Position numbers and translations under genes: made by a program. A stretch of 64,000 nucleotides of DNA from Gammaproteobacteria bacterium (GTDB taxonomy: Bacteria; Pseudomonadota; Gammaproteobacteria; Eutrophobiales; Eutrophobiaceae), in contig OZ220696.1 of NCBI GenBank assembly GCA_965116495.1, forward strand, positions 4,192,001 through 4,256,000, in the 5' to 3' direction. Under the pieces are notes generated by a model. It ran no database searches. It saw only the letters and a list, made by a program, of their open reading frames with translations, and had not been told where the DNA came from. This document shows positions 62,563-64,000 of the stretch, in pieces. Within the stretch, counting starts at the first letter, position 1. The number at the start of each line of letters is the position of its first letter.

Positions 62563-62946
62563 TTATGTAGAAATTTCCACAGTCCGCTTCCGAAAAACCT
62601 CATAACGCACCCCGGCTTTCCGGCAGGCGATCCTGATCCGGTACTCAAACCGGCCTTCCCGGCCATCCGTGTCATAAATCACCACCGCCGGTCGCTTGCC
62701 GGTCACGTGACTGAAAAACAGCGCCTGCTGTACGCTGTCCAGGCTGCTGCGCTTATCCAGGCCACCCTCGTAAACCATTGTGCCGGTCTCACAATCCACT
62801 TCCACGTAACTGCGACCGCCGGCAGACGCGTACCCATGACGGGTTTCCGTCTCCCCGTTGACCATGGCACAAAACCAGCGATTGTAATCATCCTCTGACG
62901 CAGTCGTGCGCGGCGTCGAACGGCCTGTTTCATTCATCGGCGCCAA
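62563..62946 (-). pseudogene. 5'-truncated third copy of the secreted nuclease-fold gene
   Basis: Near-identical to 47058-47425; signal peptide and His/Cys motif missing. Confidence 0.85.
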
Positions 62947-63137
62947 ATCCCATCCCCAGAACTCCAAAGTCAATATTGTACATAAATTTTGGGGTCAGGT
63001 CGCACAATGCATATCATTACGCTGAAGGGATGTGTCGCGAGTGCGTAATATGCGATCTACCCCTATCCTACAACTTACGTGAAGAAAATTCTTGAAAATT
63101 ACCTTGCGAGGTATATTGTATAAGGTAGTACTGATTG

Positions 63138-63500
63138 ATGCTGGAATTGAAAAAGAAATTGCCAGCCGCTTTTTACCGCTCACTATCGGACACAGAGCCG
63201 GTACGTGATTGGATTAAAGCGCTGGATGCGAAAGATCAAAAGTTAATCGGAAGGGATATTGCAACACTCGAATTCTGTTGGCCGGTGGCCCAGCCAAAAT
63301 GCAAACCCGTTAAGGGTAGAAAAGGGCTTTGGGAAATCCGTTCGAACATTTCGAGTAAACGTATTGCACGAATTCTTTTCTGCATCCATGACCGTGAGAT
63401 GGTATTGCTGCATGGATTCGTGAAAAAGAGTCAGAAGACTCTGGAAAAAGACTTGAATCTTGCAATGTCCCGTATGAAAGAAGTAAAGAAAAGTGACTGA
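63138..63500 (+). CDS. RelE/HigB (Gp49-like) toxin
   Basis: EPVRDWI...GLWEIRS...RILF...MVLLHGFVKKSQKT. Confidence 0.9.
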   Translation: MLELKKKLPAAFYRSLSDTEPVRDWIKALDAKDQKLIGRDIATLEFCWPVAQPKCKPVKGRKGLWEIRSNISSKRIARILFCIHDREMVLLHGFVKKSQKTLEKDLNLAMSRMKEVKKSD

Positions 63501-63783
63501 GAAGAAAAATCCACGTATTGGCTCAAGCGCTGATGATCTGTGGCAAGAGCTTGGCATTCTCGAGGACATCACAGCGACTGCGATAAAGCGCACCATCGCG
63601 ATGCAAATCGAAAATGAAATGTCTACACAGAAAATCTCAAAAGCAGAAATGGCGCGCAGGATGAGGACCAGCGCCTCTCAGCTTGAACGTATTCTTGATC
63701 CGGATAATCAACGCGTTCAACTCGACTCTCTGGTCAAAGCCGCTCATGCCGTGGGTAAAGAGCTTTCTGTAGCGCTGCATTAG
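63493..63783 (+). CDS. XRE HTH antitoxin
   Basis: IGSS.DD...ISKAEMARRMRTSASQLERILDP. Confidence 0.88.
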   Translation: MTEKKNPRIGSSADDLWQELGILEDITATAIKRTIAMQIENEMSTQKISKAEMARRMRTSASQLERILDPDNQRVQLDSLVKAAHAVGKELSVALH

Positions 63784-64000
63784 ACTTTGCAGAGCACCAT
63801 GTAGAAATTTCCATAAAATGCTTGCCGAATTGTACGGCTGTTTCCCCTTAACCTAACCAACCTGTCGTTTAGCAATTTACAGCAATGGATTGCCCCTTGA
63901 AAAAAATCTTACTGTCTACTATAGTTTGCATAACTATTATTGTGATATATGGACATGTCAGGGACATCAGGAAATAAAACGCTTCTTGTTTACAAGGACA

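Overview
Bacterial (most likely gammaproteobacterial, by inference from gene content) chromosomal window with three zones. (1) 1-2.9 kb: tail of an accessory island with a frameshifted HEPN/RES gene, a TA remnant and an internally deleted IS1380. (2) 3-35.7 kb: catabolic region. It holds a hut pathway (hutC, F, I, U, H, G) extended by a TonB receptor, deacylase, alpha/beta hydrolase, HD-domain protein, AhpD-like protein and Rieske demethylase-type oxygenase. It also holds rhlE, DUF5916 and DUF3604 proteins, a secreted thrombospondin-like repeat protein, an LLM/FAH/M20/fbiC (FO synthase) operon and a ring-hydroxylating oxygenase pair. (3) 35.8-64 kb: a toxin-antitoxin/defence island (Fic, FitAB, Phd-ParE, HicAB, two HigBA-type pairs, HsdR_N protein, Hhe-type DUF4011 helicase-nuclease, DUF1828, IS1634, IS3 remnant, SQR). 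This island is not a random pile. It is built from about five eroded copies of one module, anchored by a small YHS-like gene, a secreted nuclease-fold gene and a recurring 15-bp motif, with different cargo in each copy and no integrase in view. All family assignments come from motif recognition by eye; no database searches were run.
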